Assembly: GCA_951406725.2 (NCBI GenBank)
Contig: OX597838.1
Span: 42,966,001 to 43,030,000, forward strand
Origin: Octopus vulgaris
Lineage: Eukaryota
DNA: 64,000 nucleotides
Reading direction: 5' to 3'
Position numbers and translations under genes: made by a program. The notes beneath the pieces were generated by a model that was not told the DNA's origin, searched no databases, and saw only the letters and a list, made by a program, of their open reading frames with translations. This document shows positions 48,170 through 61,616 of this stretch, piece by piece (the stretch's first letter is position 1; each line of letters begins with the position of its first letter).

Positions 48170-50768
48170 AAGACAACCGGAGGTTTCTAAGGGATAACCT
48201 GCTGAGAGCCACTGACCAGATCTGTGGCTGGTGCAAAGTCCCCTCTCAACCCAAAATAACGTGGTGGTGGAACAATGTTGTAGACAGGGCTATTAAACAA
48301 AAGAAACAGGCTTGGAAGGACTGGAAGAACGGAGGTAGCAGGGAACTGTATTAGACTGCCAGAAGGGAAGCTAGGAGACAGGTTTATTTAGCCAGAGGGG
48401 AAGCAGATAAGAAAAAATTTGCCAATATTCTGCACCGTGGGGACCAAAGACTTGAGGTATTCTGTGTTGTAAGACAGTGTGTAAGAGAGAATCGTGATGT
48501 GGTAGGAGAGAAATGTGTTCGCATGGATGATGGCTCACTTGCGCTAAATGAAGATGCAAAGAGAGAGGTTTAGAGACACCACTATGAAAGGTTGCTGAAT
48601 AAAGAAAATGAATGGGATAAAGAGAGTCTGCCGAATGTCGACCCAACAGAGGGACCAGCTATCCGAGTTGACAGTTCCTTAGTAGTTAAGGCAATTAGAA
48701 GCATGAAGACAGGGAAAGCCCCATGCCCATCAGGAATTACTGCAGGGATGCTTAAAATATCTGGTAGGGTCGGCTATAGCCTAGTCACCCGTATAGTTAA
48801 TCAGGTGATACACGAAGGAGTCATACCCAATTGACTGGTGTAACAGCATAATAGTCAACTGCTACAAAGGTAAAGGTGACGCCCTAGATACAAATAATTA
48901 CAGAGGTATGAAGCTGTTGGATCAGGTAATGAAGGTCACGGAGAGGGTCATAGCCCAACTGATTAGGGAGAGAGTCAGCTTGGATGAGATGCAGTTTGGT
49001 TTCGTGCCAGGGAAAAGCACCACTGATGCCATATTCCTGGTAAGACAGCTGCAGGAGAAATACCAAGCCAAAGATAAGGCCCTGTACCTGGCTTTCATTG
49101 ACATGGAGAAAGCCTTCGACAGGGTCCCCTGATTCCTTATCTGGTGGTCAATGAGGAAACTAGGGATAGATGAATGGTTAGTGAGAGCTGTGCGAGCCAT
49201 GTACAGGGACGCTGCTAGTAAGGTGAGGGTTGGCAACGAGTACAGTGAAGAATTCCGGGTAGAGGTAGGGGTCCACCAAGGTTCAGTCCTCAGCCCCCTC
49301 CTATTTATCATAGTCCTCCAGGCAATAACGGAGGAATTCAAGACAGGATGCCCCTGGGAGCTCCTCTATGCTGATGACCTTGCTCTAATTGCTGAGTCAC
49401 TATCAGAACTAGAGGCAAAGTTTCAAGTGTGGAGACAAGGATTAGAATTGAAGGGCCTTAAAATCAACCTAGCTAAAACCAAAGTCCTAATATGTAGGAA
49501 GGCAGGCAAATCACAAATGCCTTCAGATAGATGGCCCTGCTCGATCTGTAGAAAAGGCGTAGGTAGAAAGATGCACCAAGAGTAAGCTATGGACACATAA
49601 GAGGTGCAGCAATATCAAAGGAAGGCTAACTGACTGGGAAGATAGTTTTTGTATGTGGCAGATGCTCAGGAGCAATAAACACTGAAAATGCTCAGAGACC
49701 AACTTCTGCCACATTCCAGGGAGAAAAACTAGAAGTAGTTGATAGCTTCCGTTACCTAGGTGACCAAGTCAGTAGCGGGTGTGCTGAAAGTGTAACTGCT
49801 AGAGTAAGAATAGCCTGGGCAAAGTTCAGAGAGCTCCTACCTCTGCTGGTGACAAAAGGCCTCTCGCTCAGAGTAAAAGGCAGACTGTATGATGCATGTG
49901 TGTACAAACAGCCATGCTACATGGCAGTGAAACTTGGGCCGTGACTGCTGAGGATATGCGTAAGCTCGCAAGAAATGAAGCCAGTATGCTCCGATGGATG
50001 TGTAATGTCAGTGTTCATACTCGACAGAGTGTAAGTACCTAGAGAGAAAAGTTGGACCTAAGAAGCATTAGTTGTGGTGTGCAAGAGAGACGTTTGCGCT
50101 GGTATGGTCATGTAGCGAGAATGGATGAAGATAGTTGTGTGAAAAAGTGCCACACCCTAGCGGGAACCTGTGTAAGGGCTAGACCCAGGAAAACCTGGGA
50201 CGAGGTGGTGAAGCACGACCTTTGAACTTTAGGTCTTACCGAGGAAATGACCAGAGACCGAGACCTTTGGAAGTATGCTGTTCGTGGGAAGACCCGGCAG
50301 GACAAGTGAGACTATAACCCGTGGCCTCTACCTGGGACATAGCCAGCTCACTTATGCATACCTTTCCTTCTGGTGACACAAACCCTACTTGTGAAGATCT
50401 GTTGAGGCAAGTGAAAATCAAAATCAAAATCGATCAACATCAATGGAAATTGTAGCTGTGATACCGTAAGAGAACCATCCGAACGTGGCCGTTGCCAACG
50501 CTGCCCCGACTGGCCTCCGTGCCGGTAGCACGTAAAAAGCATCATCTGATCGTGGCCGTTTGCCAGCCTCGTCTGGCACCTGTGCTGGTGGCATGTAAAA
50601 AGTACCCACTACACTCTCAGAGTGGTTGGCATTAGGAAGGGCATCCAGCTGTAGAAACACTGCCAGATCAGACTGGGCCTGGTGCAGCCTTCTGGCTTCC
50701 CAGACACCAGTTGAACCGTCCAACCCATGCTAGCATGGAAAACGGACGTTAAACGATGATGATGATGA
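48170..50768 (+). mobile_element. RTE-clade LINE, 5'-truncated, with frameshifts and stops
   Basis: WWWN, KAPCPSGI, QFGFVPGKSTTDAIF, FIDMEKAFDRVP, GVHQGSVLSPLLF and YADDL motifs; 3' UTR and (GAT)n tail at ~50755-50768. Confidence 0.95.
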
Positions 50769-51410
50769 TATATTGGACAAACAGGAATATCACTCCATCG
50801 AAGAACCACCATCCACAAAGAGCAAATCCGCCACCCACAATACAGACAGTTACAGGTTAGTGAACATGTAGAGAGGTGTGTCAGGAATCTTAATCCTAAT
50901 TTCTAAATCTTCCCCTTCTATCAATGTTCACAGAACACCACAATGCAACAAAGGTTGAATAAAGAGGCAATTTTCATCAATAAATATCTTCCCCAACTAA
51001 ATATGAACACACAACTTAATACAGAACACCACTAACCCTTCAATTAACACCACTAACCCCCATACACTCCCTACACCATTCACATTACAATTCTATATCT
51101 AACACAACTGCACTAAATCCAGAACTACTTACCTCCCTTACAAATAATCTTTTTACTCAGGAACTATTAGACCTGACACCGTTCATTAGCCGGTGTTTAT
51201 TCAAAGCAATGTATAGCTTATGACGAAACCATGGTATACTTTGTTTTCTGACTATTTAATCATCTCACAATAATGACTTTTATGACTTTTATTACTACCT
51301 CAGTCCATCTAAATGTAAATATCTGTCGTTACCTTTCATAAAAAGCCTTTTCTGTTTTTCATATTTTCCCCTTACATTTTATATTTTCTTTTTGTAACAT
51401 ATTTCTACTA
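50769..51410 (+). mobile_element. Penelope-like element 3' fragment (GIY-YIG endonuclease remnant plus UTR)
   Basis: Frame from 50769 reads YIGQTGISLHRRTTIHKEQIRHPQYRQLQVSEHVERC...F*IFPFYQC...RLNKEAIFINKYLPQLN, typical of the PLE GIY-YIG C-terminus. The right boundary is approximate. Confidence 0.82.
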
Positions 51411-54400
51411 TATATATATATATATATATATATCAAAACGAATTTGTGTCAGTGTCATGCTTTGACCCCCTCTCTCACTATTCAATGACACTTCTTCTAC
51501 TCCTCTTGCAGGGGTGAGAGTAATAGTAGGCATAGAGATGGTGAGTTGGTGTTGTAGATTGCCGGTTGTGATGGTAATGGGGTGATAGTAATAGTATGAG
51601 CAGTAGTTGTGATAGAGGCGGAGGCGAGAGTGCTGGTGATGGTGGTAGTAGCTGAGGTGGTGAAGCATGCCCGTGATAGTGAATGGTGTGAAAGACAGTG
51701 GTGATGGTGGTGGAGGAGACAGCCACGAAGTCAAAGGTGTTGATGGTGGTGGTGCCAGAAGTCTGAATGGTGTGTGTATGGCAGTTGAGGTGGCGATGGT
51801 GGTGGTGCTGGTGATGGCTGAAAACAATCAACAGAAAGAAAGAGAGAGAGAAGGAAAGAGGTTAGACAGAAAAAGAAATTGTATTGATCCCCCCCCCCCC
51901 ACGGGAAGGCAAAAAATGTTGTTTGTCATGAAGCTTTGCATATTATATCATTGTTTTGATGAAAATTGTTCATTGCTTGAAAAATATTGGTGAAGTTTAA
52001 TAAAATTTAATATATACTCAATGCATAAAGTGTCATTGTTGGGCCCAAGGCCCAATGAAGAGCCCTCCACAGGGGCTAGCCTATAGAGCAGCTTTTAAGC
52101 TAGTGCACACACACGTGTGTGTGTGTGTGTGTGTTTGTCCCCCACCACAGCTGGTGTTGATGTGTTTACATCCCTGTAACTTAGTGGTTGAGCAAAAGAG
52201 ATCGATAGACTAGGTACCAAGCTTAAAAGAAAACAAATAAGTCCTGGGGTCAACTCATTTGACTTAAAACTCTTCAAGGCAGTGCCCCAGCATGGCCACA
52301 GTCCAATGACAAAAACATGTGAAATAGAAGGGGAAAAAAATTAAAATGGATTAAATCTATGCAGTGTGTGCATGTGTGTGTGTGTGCATGTGTGTGTGTG
52401 TGCATGCGTGTGTGTGTGTGCATGCGTGTGTGTGCGCATGTGTGTGTGTGTGTGTGTGCATGTGTGTGTGTGCACATGTGCATGCATATATCTGGCACTA
52501 GTTCTCCCCATTTTTCTTTTTCCCTTCCTGCTCCTCCTCCTGCTCCTACACACACACTCTTCCTTTGTCCTTTCTTTTGCCATCCCCCACCACACATTTT
52601 CTACTCCACCCACCTCTCTCATCCCTTCTACTAATTGTGACTGTAAAAACGTTCACAGAGTCTACCATTGTGCTTTATCCATTTCATGTTTCTTCTCTGC
52701 TGTTGCTTTATCAACAACAATGGCAGAAGAGTCACTGAGGCAGAAAACCATTCATCAACTGTGTAATCCCCAGCAAAGGAGCCTCTAAACAGGTCATGGG
52801 TGACCCGCAGCCCATGGAACTTTTTAATGTGACCTGTCAGATAATACACCATGTCTCGTGTAGTGGCTGGTGGCCCGGTTTATTGTAAAAGCTTGTCCAT
52901 GTCTGCTCTAAAATGTCATTCAGTCTGCTAGAAATAACAGTTAAATCCCCCTCACAACACACCCTACCATTTAAAATATAGTTTAAAGAAGGACACATTT
53001 GATGATGTCGCCAGGGAAACTCTATGTTTGAAGAAAAGGCATGACAGCCACGGCCAGTGGGATGCTTTGACCCTGCTGGATCAGGGGCAACTTGGGGGTT
53101 AAATAACAACTGTGAAGTAAGTCAGGAATATGTTGCTAGGGTTACTTGGCATACAATTGGTGGGGCACTGGCCAGTCGGTTGGCTAGAAATAGCAGTGGT
53201 TAACTGCATTGAGGAAGTGGTTGGATGACTGTGAGGTGTGGAGACAATTTGGTAGAGATTAAGTATGGAGTCGGAGAAAGAGATGACAAACAGTTGAGGG
53301 GTGGGGAGTGAATCTCAGTTCGTGGGGGGGGGGTGAGACAAATTGATGAAGAGAGGGGAGGATTGCAAAAGATTCTGGAGGCATTAATGTGGGACGAGAG
53401 AGATTTGCAAAAAGTTGTGAATGTTGGCGTCAGAGAGGCTGAGTCTGGGGAAGGATGAAAAAATAGGTTGTCCTTGACACAAGAGAAGATATAATGACAG
53501 AACTGCTGATGGTTCAAGGAGTTAGAAGCAGAGCCAGATCTATACATGAACCAAAATAGGCCATAGCCCAGAGACCCCTTTAACACAGAGAAGCCTAAAG
53601 CTTGGAGTTAAACATTAAAAAATATATTTACAGTGATCAAATAAATCATTTGTTAAATGTTTTTTACTTGTTTAAATTTAAGATCCAACAGGGTTCATTT
53701 AAGATTATTGAACCCTCTTTTGATTTATTGGGACCTTTTTAGATTAAAAAAAACCCCATCAAATTTAACTGGGATCCCCTGAATCTACCTTTGCCCTTTT
53801 GAGTTTCAGAGTCCCTTCAATCTGTTTGGAGCCACTAGATTTAATGGAACCCAGTATATTTTGAATTAGCAAAATTGTAGCTCCAACAAAAAACCTTTTG
53901 GCCCAGTGGCCACTAGGTCTAAATCCAGCCCTGGATAGGAGAATGGTGGAGGGTATTAGGGGGCGTGAAGGAGAGAAGCTTTTATTGACAACTATTCTAT
54001 ATTTATGACTCCTATTTAGCCAGATATTTTAAGGGTCTCAGCAACTCTTTCTGAAGGACCAGCGGCTTTGCCTATCTTCACATTCTTACATAACCAGGAG
54101 TTGACATTGCTGATATCCAGATGAGAGGATGAGTTAGAGAGAGAGTGAAGTCAATGTCCCATCCAGCATCACCTTCGAAGGTGATGCTGGATAAGAGAGT
54201 GTATAATCTGGACAGCTGAGATGGACTAGAGAGGTTTGTGTGAAAGGGGTCAAGATAAAGGGAGAAGTTTTTTGCTCAAAGCATAATCTGCCAACATCTA
54301 TCAACATCATGTTACATGTTAAACAGACTGGATGATCAGGGTTTAGGCATCTTTACTCACAAGTCAGCCTAATCAAAGCTAACCTAGGAATACACAACAA

Positions 54401-55010
54401 CAACAACAACAACAATATGTAGGAGAGGAGTGTGATGTGTCAAGGTGACACAAGACAGTGAAGTCTTCCAATGGTAATTCTATCACCCAATGACACCAAA
54501 GTGGAACTAAGCAGCAGAATATCAGCTGTTTTAGCCCTTTTTTCTTCTATTCTGTCTGACACTGTTTCTGATTCTTAGATACAAACTCCCTAATTTAAAG
54601 GGATATGAATTAATATCTTCCATTGAAATCTAATGCTAATTTATGGTCCAAACACCAGCCTAATTAGGGCAAAGTTATTTTATTAAATTCAGTTTAATTG
54701 ATTAATCTATAGACTCTATAACTTATATTGAACACTCCTTTCTCATCAGTCCAATGCAATTTCAATATCTGTCTATGCTACGTAGAAGCATCTCGGTTGC
54801 CATGAATGAAGTACCCATTACACTCTGCGAAGTGGTTGGCATTAAGAAAGGAATCCAGCTGTAGAAACGATGCTAAAATGGACAATTAGAATCAGGACAG
54901 ACCCAGAGCTGACCAGTTCCTGTCAAACTGTCCAACCCATGATAGCATGGAAAGCAGATGTTAAATGGTGATGATGATATATACATATATATACACATGT
55001 ACATGCATAC

Positions 55011-56112
55011 ATGTGGCAGATGCTCAGAAGCAATAAGCACTGAAAATGTGCAGAGAACAAATTCTGCCACATTCCAGGGAGAAAAACTAGAAGTAGTTGA
55101 TAGCTTCCGTTACCTAGGTGACCAAGTCAGTAGCAGGGGCGGGTGTGCTGAAAGTGTAACTGGGCAAAGTTCAGGGAGCTCCTACCTCTGCTGGTGACAA
55201 AAGGCCTCTCGCTCAGAGTAAAAGGCAGACTGTATGATGCATGTGTATGAACAGCCAAGCTACATGGCAGTGAAACATGGGCCGTGACTGCTGAGGACAT
55301 ACGTTAGCTCGCGAGGAATGAAACCAGTATGCTCCGATGGATGTGTAATGTCAGTGTACATACTCGACAGAGTGTAAGTACCTTGAGAGAAAAGTTGGAC
55401 CTAAGAAGCATTAGTTGTAGTGTGCAAGAGAGACGTTTGCGCTGGTATGGTCATGTGGTGAGAATGGATCAAGATAGTTGTGTGAAAAAATGTCACACCC
55501 TAGCAGTTGAGGGAACCTGTGGAAGAGGTAGACCCAGGAAAACCTGGGATGAGGTGGTGAAGCACGACCTTTGAACATTAGGTCTCACCGAGGCAAAGAA
55601 TAGTGACCGAGACCTCTGGAAGTATGCTGTGCATGAGAAGACCTGGCAGGACAAGCGAGGCCATAACTCGTGGCCTCTACCTGGGATGTAGCCAACCCAC
55701 TTATGCATACCTTTCCTCCTTGGGACAAAAAACTCTGCTGGCGAAGACCTATTGAGGCAAGTGAAATTGGAATCGAAATCGCTCAAAAATCAATGGAAAT
55801 TGTAGCTTCGATACCAGTGCCAGTGGCACGTAAAAGAACCATCCGAATATGGCCATTGCCAGCGCCACCCCGACCGACCTCCGTGCCGGTGGCACATAAA
55901 AAGCACCAACTGATCATGGCCGTTGCCAGCCTCGCCTGGCATGTAAAAAGCACCCACTACACTCACGGAGTGGTTGGCATAAGGAAGGGCATCCAGCTGT
56001 AGAAACACTGCGAGATCAGATGGGCCTGGTGCAGCCTCCTGGCTTCCCAGACCCCAGTCGAACTGTTCAACCCATGCTAGCATGGAAAATGGATGTTAAA
56101 TGATGATGATGA
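55011..56112 (+). mobile_element. RTE-clade LINE 3' fragment (preceded by a separate 3'-end remnant at ~54815-54978)
   Basis: FRYLG, RRLRWYGHV and GRGRPRKTW motifs, 3' UTR and (GAT)n tail; near-identical to 49650-50768. Confidence 0.93.
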
Positions 56113-57169
56113 TATATATATATATATATATATAAATTTTTGCTGAAAGTATGTGAATGTCCACTCCCCACCCCACTTGGAGAAATGAAGTTCTGTAATG
56201 CACAATAGAGCAAAATGGACATTAAAGGAAAAGACAGCGAACACACACACACACACACACGCGCACACACGCACACACACACACATGTACATTTTAAACA
56301 GAAAGTGAAACTGTACTCAAACAATTGTTTCTAATTTGGGCAAAAGGCCATCAATTTTGAGGAGAGGGGGTTTAATCAAGGACTTCAATCCTCATGCCTT
56401 ATTTTATTGACCCTGGAGAGATGAAAGGCAAAATTGATCTGTGTGGGGTTTGAACTCAGAATGTAAACAACCACGCAAACAATTCTATAATAATAATCTT
56501 TTCTACTCTAGGCACAAAGCCTGAAATTCTGTGCAAAGGGTCAATTGATTACTTTGAGCCCCAGTGCTCAGCTGGTCCTTAGTTTATTGACCTCAAAAGG
56601 ATGAAATCAATCTTGGCAGAATTTGAACCCAAGATGCAAAAACAGATGAAGTGCCGCTAAGCATTTCGCCCAAGGTTTTCGCAGTTCTGCCAACTCAGCA
56701 GTTTAAAAGATTTACCAAAATATAATCAATATTTTCATTATTGAACATTGCTTTCCTTCTGCTGCTGGCCTTATTTTCAATATGTCTTAGAACATAGAGT
56801 TCCAAATGAAAGTGCAATTTTCAAAGTAGACAGAATGATTTAGATAATACAGACAGACAGACAGGCAGGCAGGCAGACAGACAGGCAGATGCAACAACAG
56901 ATAAAATATAATACATATTAAATATTAATATATAATTTTATTAAAAGACATCTATAATTAACTGTGTACATAAAAGTGTATGAATAAACTCTGTTTGCAA
57001 TTGAAATTACGTTGAAGCGAAAACATCTGGCCTCGTGAGCGATATGTAAATGATCATCATCATCATCATCATCACCACAGGCTTTTATTTCAAATGCAGA
57101 GAATTGAACTCGTGCATGTTTACCCACACACTGCTGATAACCCTTGTTTTCCAATCAAGTCGAAAACTT

Positions 57170-58620
57170 CAGGGTCCTACTCTTTACCCAGGAGAGCTGA
57201 TAGAAATGCTGAAGTGTAAACAAGTGGATGTGTGCTGTGTGTAGGAAGGAAGATGGAAGGGAGCCTCAACTGGATTCCTTACTGGCATGGAACAGGTGTT
57301 ACAAATTCTGGGTGGATAAGAGTGACACAGATAAATGGAATTAGTGTATTCCTATCTGTGAAATAGACATATGAGGCAACTGACCTAGTTTACACTAGAG
57401 TAATGGTGTACATGTGTGTGAGAAGATAATAAAGCTTAAATTGACCATAGGCACAATATTAGTGACAGTTATTTCTGAATACACACTACATTCAGAAGTT
57501 GTAGAACAATGAAACGACTTGTTTTATGAAGTTCTTCTGTAGGCTACATTCATAACTAATAATCGATTTCATTATCACAGCTGTACATGAGGACATGGTT
57601 GGTGTTAGGTACGATGAAAGAAGTGAGGAAAGATCACAATTTGTGGGATCCTCTGATACAAATGACCTGACTATCTGTAAGTTGACCCTTAGGAAGGCAG
57701 TGAGCCATTGATCAGCTTTCAGTCAGCCCAGACTGAAAGCTGATCAAGAGGCTCACTGCCTTCCTAAGGGTCAAGTTACAGATAGTCAGATCATTTGTAT
57801 CAGAGGATCCCACAAAAATATCAAATAACTAGAAGAGAAGTTAGACATCAGAAGGAGGGAGGCAGAAAGAAAGTAGTTTATACATGTTCCATGAGGTGGG
57901 GGTCAGAAGTGTGAGATGTTCTGGAGAAGTAGGCAGTGCATATGAGATGTTGGAGAGAATTACATACAGAATGCTAACAATGGACTTGAACTGGCTATCA
58001 GTGAAACGGGGAAGAAAGATACATGGAAATGATACTTTGAGAATATGAGAGAGAGAGACTCTACAATAGGAGAGGGAGCAGCAATTTAAACTGATGGTAG
58101 CATTGTAGATAGAGCAATTAAGGATATGAAGGTAGAGAAAGCAGCTGGTTCTTTGGAGGTGGTTGCTGGGGTACTTAAATTTCTGGCTAAGTAGGATATA
58201 GGATAGTCGTCGATGCATAGTCAAAAGAAGGCATCATTCCCAAGGATTGGTAATGCAGTATCATTGTAAATTACTAAAAGAGCAAAAGAGAGATTTATTA
58301 GAGAGAAAGAAAGGAACCAAGAGTCGTTATATTGTTGGACCAAATTATGAAACTTAGAAAAAGAGTTTAGGAAGATTAGGAAGAAGAAGATTTAGTGGTT
58401 GAGATAGAGTTTGGGTGGGCACCAAAGGAGACAACTAAAAGAGAAGCATTTCGCTAGAAGTAAGCCTCAATACTTAGCTTTTATTAACCTCACTTGGTGG
58501 TCTGGTAGTTTCTAAGGAATCTGGGTGTAGATGAATGCCTTGTAAGGATCATAAAAGCCAGTATAGGGGTGCAGTTGACAGAAGAAGAGCCAGCAACTTA
58601 GAATTTAGGTAGGGGCTGAT
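57170..58620 (+). mobile_element. Old, highly decayed RTE-like LINE (APE endonuclease through the start of RT)
   Basis: ELIEMLKCKQVDVCCV*EGRWKG resembles the RTE endonuclease DI.C.QE.RWKG motif. Downstream purine-rich sequence aligns loosely with the RT of the other copies (ggcatcattcccaaggattgg; tacttagcttttattaacct; ctgggtgtagatgaatg). Confidence 0.7.
57640..57816. repeat. Near-perfect inverted repeat (85-bp arms, 6-nt loop)
   Basis: tttgtgggatcctctgatacaaatg...ctttcagtc-AGCCCA-gactgaaag...catttgtatcagaggatcccacaaa. Confidence 0.93.
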
Positions 58621-59794
58621 ACAAAAGTATCTCAGGCAATAAAGAACCTCATTGATGCTGCAAACGTACAGTAAAACAATGCAATTTACTAGACAGGTGA
58701 AGCGAACAACATGTGTGTATGTTTACCTAGAACGTTCTAAACCTGCAAACACTCCACGAGCAGGATGTACAAGGTGTAGGAGGATCGCAAAAGCAGTCAC
58801 AGTTCATAAATGGCCCCGAGGTGAATAGAAGTGGCAAAACAACTTTTCATGGACACATTACAAATAGGGCAAAAATGTGCAGAAACACAATGATCTTTTC
58901 TATCTTGTGGCCAGATAGAAAATTTAGTATATTTTTAATTCCATGCTACATGTTTCATTACAAGATAGGAACTACAAGGTATGCATACATACATACATAC
59001 ATGTGTGTGTTTGTGTGTGTGTGTGTGTGTGTGTTACTGTGTTTGAGTTTATCCCCCCACCACCACCACCACCACTTCACAACTGGCATTGGTGTATTGA
59101 AGTCCCTGTAACTTAGCGGTTCAGCAAAAGAGACTGATAGAACAAGTACCATGCTTTAAAAAGAAAAGAAGTGCTGGAGTCAATTCATGCAACTAAAAAT
59201 TCTTCAACACAGTGCCCCAGCATGGCCACAGTCAAACGCCTGAAACACATAAAAAAGAAAAAAAAGACTATGCATTTTCCTTTAGTTAACCTCTCTCTCT
59301 CTCATTCTTTCTCTCTCCTCTCCTTCTTTCCTACTCTCACCACACCTTGTCTACTCATCCCTGCAATACACAACTCATTCCTCTCCAACAAAACATTCTC
59401 TTTGAAACATTAAACTCTTCTTCTTCTTCCTCCTCCTCTCCCCCTGCTCCTTCCTCCTCCTCGTCCTCCTCCTCCTCCACACCGAAACATTCCATTTCCT
59501 TCTTAAAACTCTTCACACTTCTGACAACCTCCTTTAATCCTTTTAAGCATTTTCAGACGTCTCCTGTCAAACGCTCACTGCTTATTGCTTTGGATTAACC
59601 ATGCATTATATTGTAACTTTGAGAGATTTTCACAATGTGACTGTTACTTTCAGAATGACATTGTAGGGTCAGTGGGAGAGGCCACATTTGGCTAGTCTAA
59701 ACATAAAACAAGTAGAATATCTGGGGTCTGATGTGGAGGGTTTAAAAGCCAAAGGGTTAATGTTTTAACATTGTTTTTATCTGTTTTCTTACTC

Positions 59795-60165
59795 TTACTC
59801 GTTTTAGTCATTAGACCGTGGCCATGCTGGGGCACTGCCTTTCAAGTATTTTAGTCAACTCAAACAACCCCAGGACTATTTTGTTTTTTTAAAGCCTGGT
59901 GCTTATTCCATCAGTCTCTTTTGCTGAACTGCTAAGTTACACCAACACCCGTTGTCAAGCAGTGGTAGGGGACAAAAACACACACACACACACAAACAAC
60001 AGGTTTTTTTTTTTAGTTTCTATCCACCAGTTCCACTTACAAGGCTTTAGTCGGCCCAAGGTTATAAAAGAGAAGACACTTGCCCAAGGTGCCATATGGT
60101 GAGACTGAACCTAGAACCATGTGGTTGAGATGTAAACATCTCCCCACACACCTACACCTGTGCCT
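59795..60165 (-). mobile_element. tRNA-derived SINE (same family); a second copy lies at ~60578-60945(-)
   Basis: Colinear reverse-complement match to 61198-61585. Confidence 0.8.
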
Positions 60166-61197
60166 TACCATTCTAATTAGAAACAAAACAAACCAAATAC
60201 CAAACAATAAAAATTCGTAAAACAATAGATTGTTTGCTTCTCATCTGGAATTTTTCATTTATTTTATTTTTCCTGTTTCTTTCTGTTACGTCTTTCAATT
60301 CAATGACAAATAAATTTTAGAAAATTTTTAAAAATGATGTTTTTAATCAATATTAATCATTCAATTTCTTCCTTCCACAATTGTCATCAAAGCTATAACC
60401 TTATTGCCTATCATCATCATCATCGTTTAACGTCTGTTTTCCCTGCTGGCATGGGTTGGACTGTTTGACAGGGGCTGGCAAGGCTGGAGAGCTGCACCAG
60501 TCTTCAGGGTCTCTTTTGGCAGGGATTTTATGGCTGGATGCCCTTCCCAACACCAACCACCTCACAATCTTTTACCCTTTACTTGTTTTGGTCATTGGAC
60601 TGTGGCCATGCTGGGGCACAGCCTTGCACGATTTAGTCAAACAAATCCACTTGTTTCTAATTTTTAAGTCTGGTACTCATTTTGTCGTTTTCTTTTGCCA
60701 AACTGTTAAGTTATGGGGATGTAAACAAACCAACATTGTTTGTTAAGTGGTGGTGGAGAACAAAGACAAGCACACACACACATACATGATGGGCTTCCAC
60801 ACAGTTTCCATCTACCAAATTCGCTGAGAAGGCATTGGTCAGCCTGAAAGCAGAGGACACCTGCCCAAGGTGCCACACAGTGGGATTGAACCCAAAACCA
60901 TACAGCTGCACAACAAGCATCTTAATCACGCAGCCATCTTTATGCCTCAAAGCAAATACTGCCCCTCAACCCCGCCTTCCCCAGAGTCTCCCATGGGGCA
61001 GGGAGGGATAGTTTCCGCTGAGGAGGACCAGCTATGTGTGCTGAAGCATCAAATGTAAACAATCAATAAATCAGTTTTTCACAGATTAATCTACAATTAA
61101 AGCAGTGTCTGAAGGTTCTCAATTAGGGGTTCTCAGCGGGGGTGCACATGGCCCTTAAGGGTCCATATAAGATTTTGTTTTTAAAATATATCTTCAT

Positions 61198-61585
61198 GAG
61201 CACAGGAATGGCTGTGTGGTGAGTAGCTTGCTTACCAACCACATGGTTCTGGGTTCAGTCCCACTGCGTAGCACTTTGAGCAAGTGTCTTCTACTATAGC
61301 CTCGGGCCGACCAAAGCCTTGGGAGTGAACTTTGGTAAATGGAAACTGAAAGAAGCTTGTCATGTGTGTATGTATGCATGTATGTGTGTATATGTTTATG
61401 TCTGTTTGTTCCCCCACCATTGCTTGACAACTGATGTTGGTGTGTTTACGTCCCCATAACTTAGCGGTTCAGCAAAAGAGACCAATAGAGTAAGTACTAG
61501 TCTTACAAAGAATAAGTTCTGGGGTCAATTTATTCAACTAAAGGTGGTGCTCCAGCATGGCTGCAGTCAAATAACTGAAACAAAA
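61198..61585 (+). mobile_element. tRNA-derived SINE, near full length (resembles octopus OR-type SINEs)
   Basis: A-box TGGCTGTGTGG and B-box GGTTCAGTCCC, conserved body, internal (TG)n and 3' tail. Related copies at ~6665-6960(+), 11215-11380(-), 25255-25400(-), 25620-25940(-), 33940-34088(-), 34945-35100(+), 35775-35925(-), 45268-45420(+), 45490-45650(+), 52110-52315(+), 59010-59250(+). Confidence 0.85.
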
Positions 61586-61616
61586 TACAATATATTTTAA
61601 CCATTTTTTTTCTATA

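Noticed and set aside
53590-53940. Possible hAT-MITE remnant ending aaatccagccctg
   Set aside because: Only one terminus is recognisable; there is no matching TIR or TSD.
58680-58930. Candidate upstream SLC45 exon (minus-strand donor near 58725)
   Set aside because: All three minus frames contain stops and show no SLC45 similarity.
61198-61275. tRNA genes at SINE heads (also ~7160-7205)
   Set aside because: A/B boxes are present but there is no complete cloverleaf; these continue into SINE bodies.
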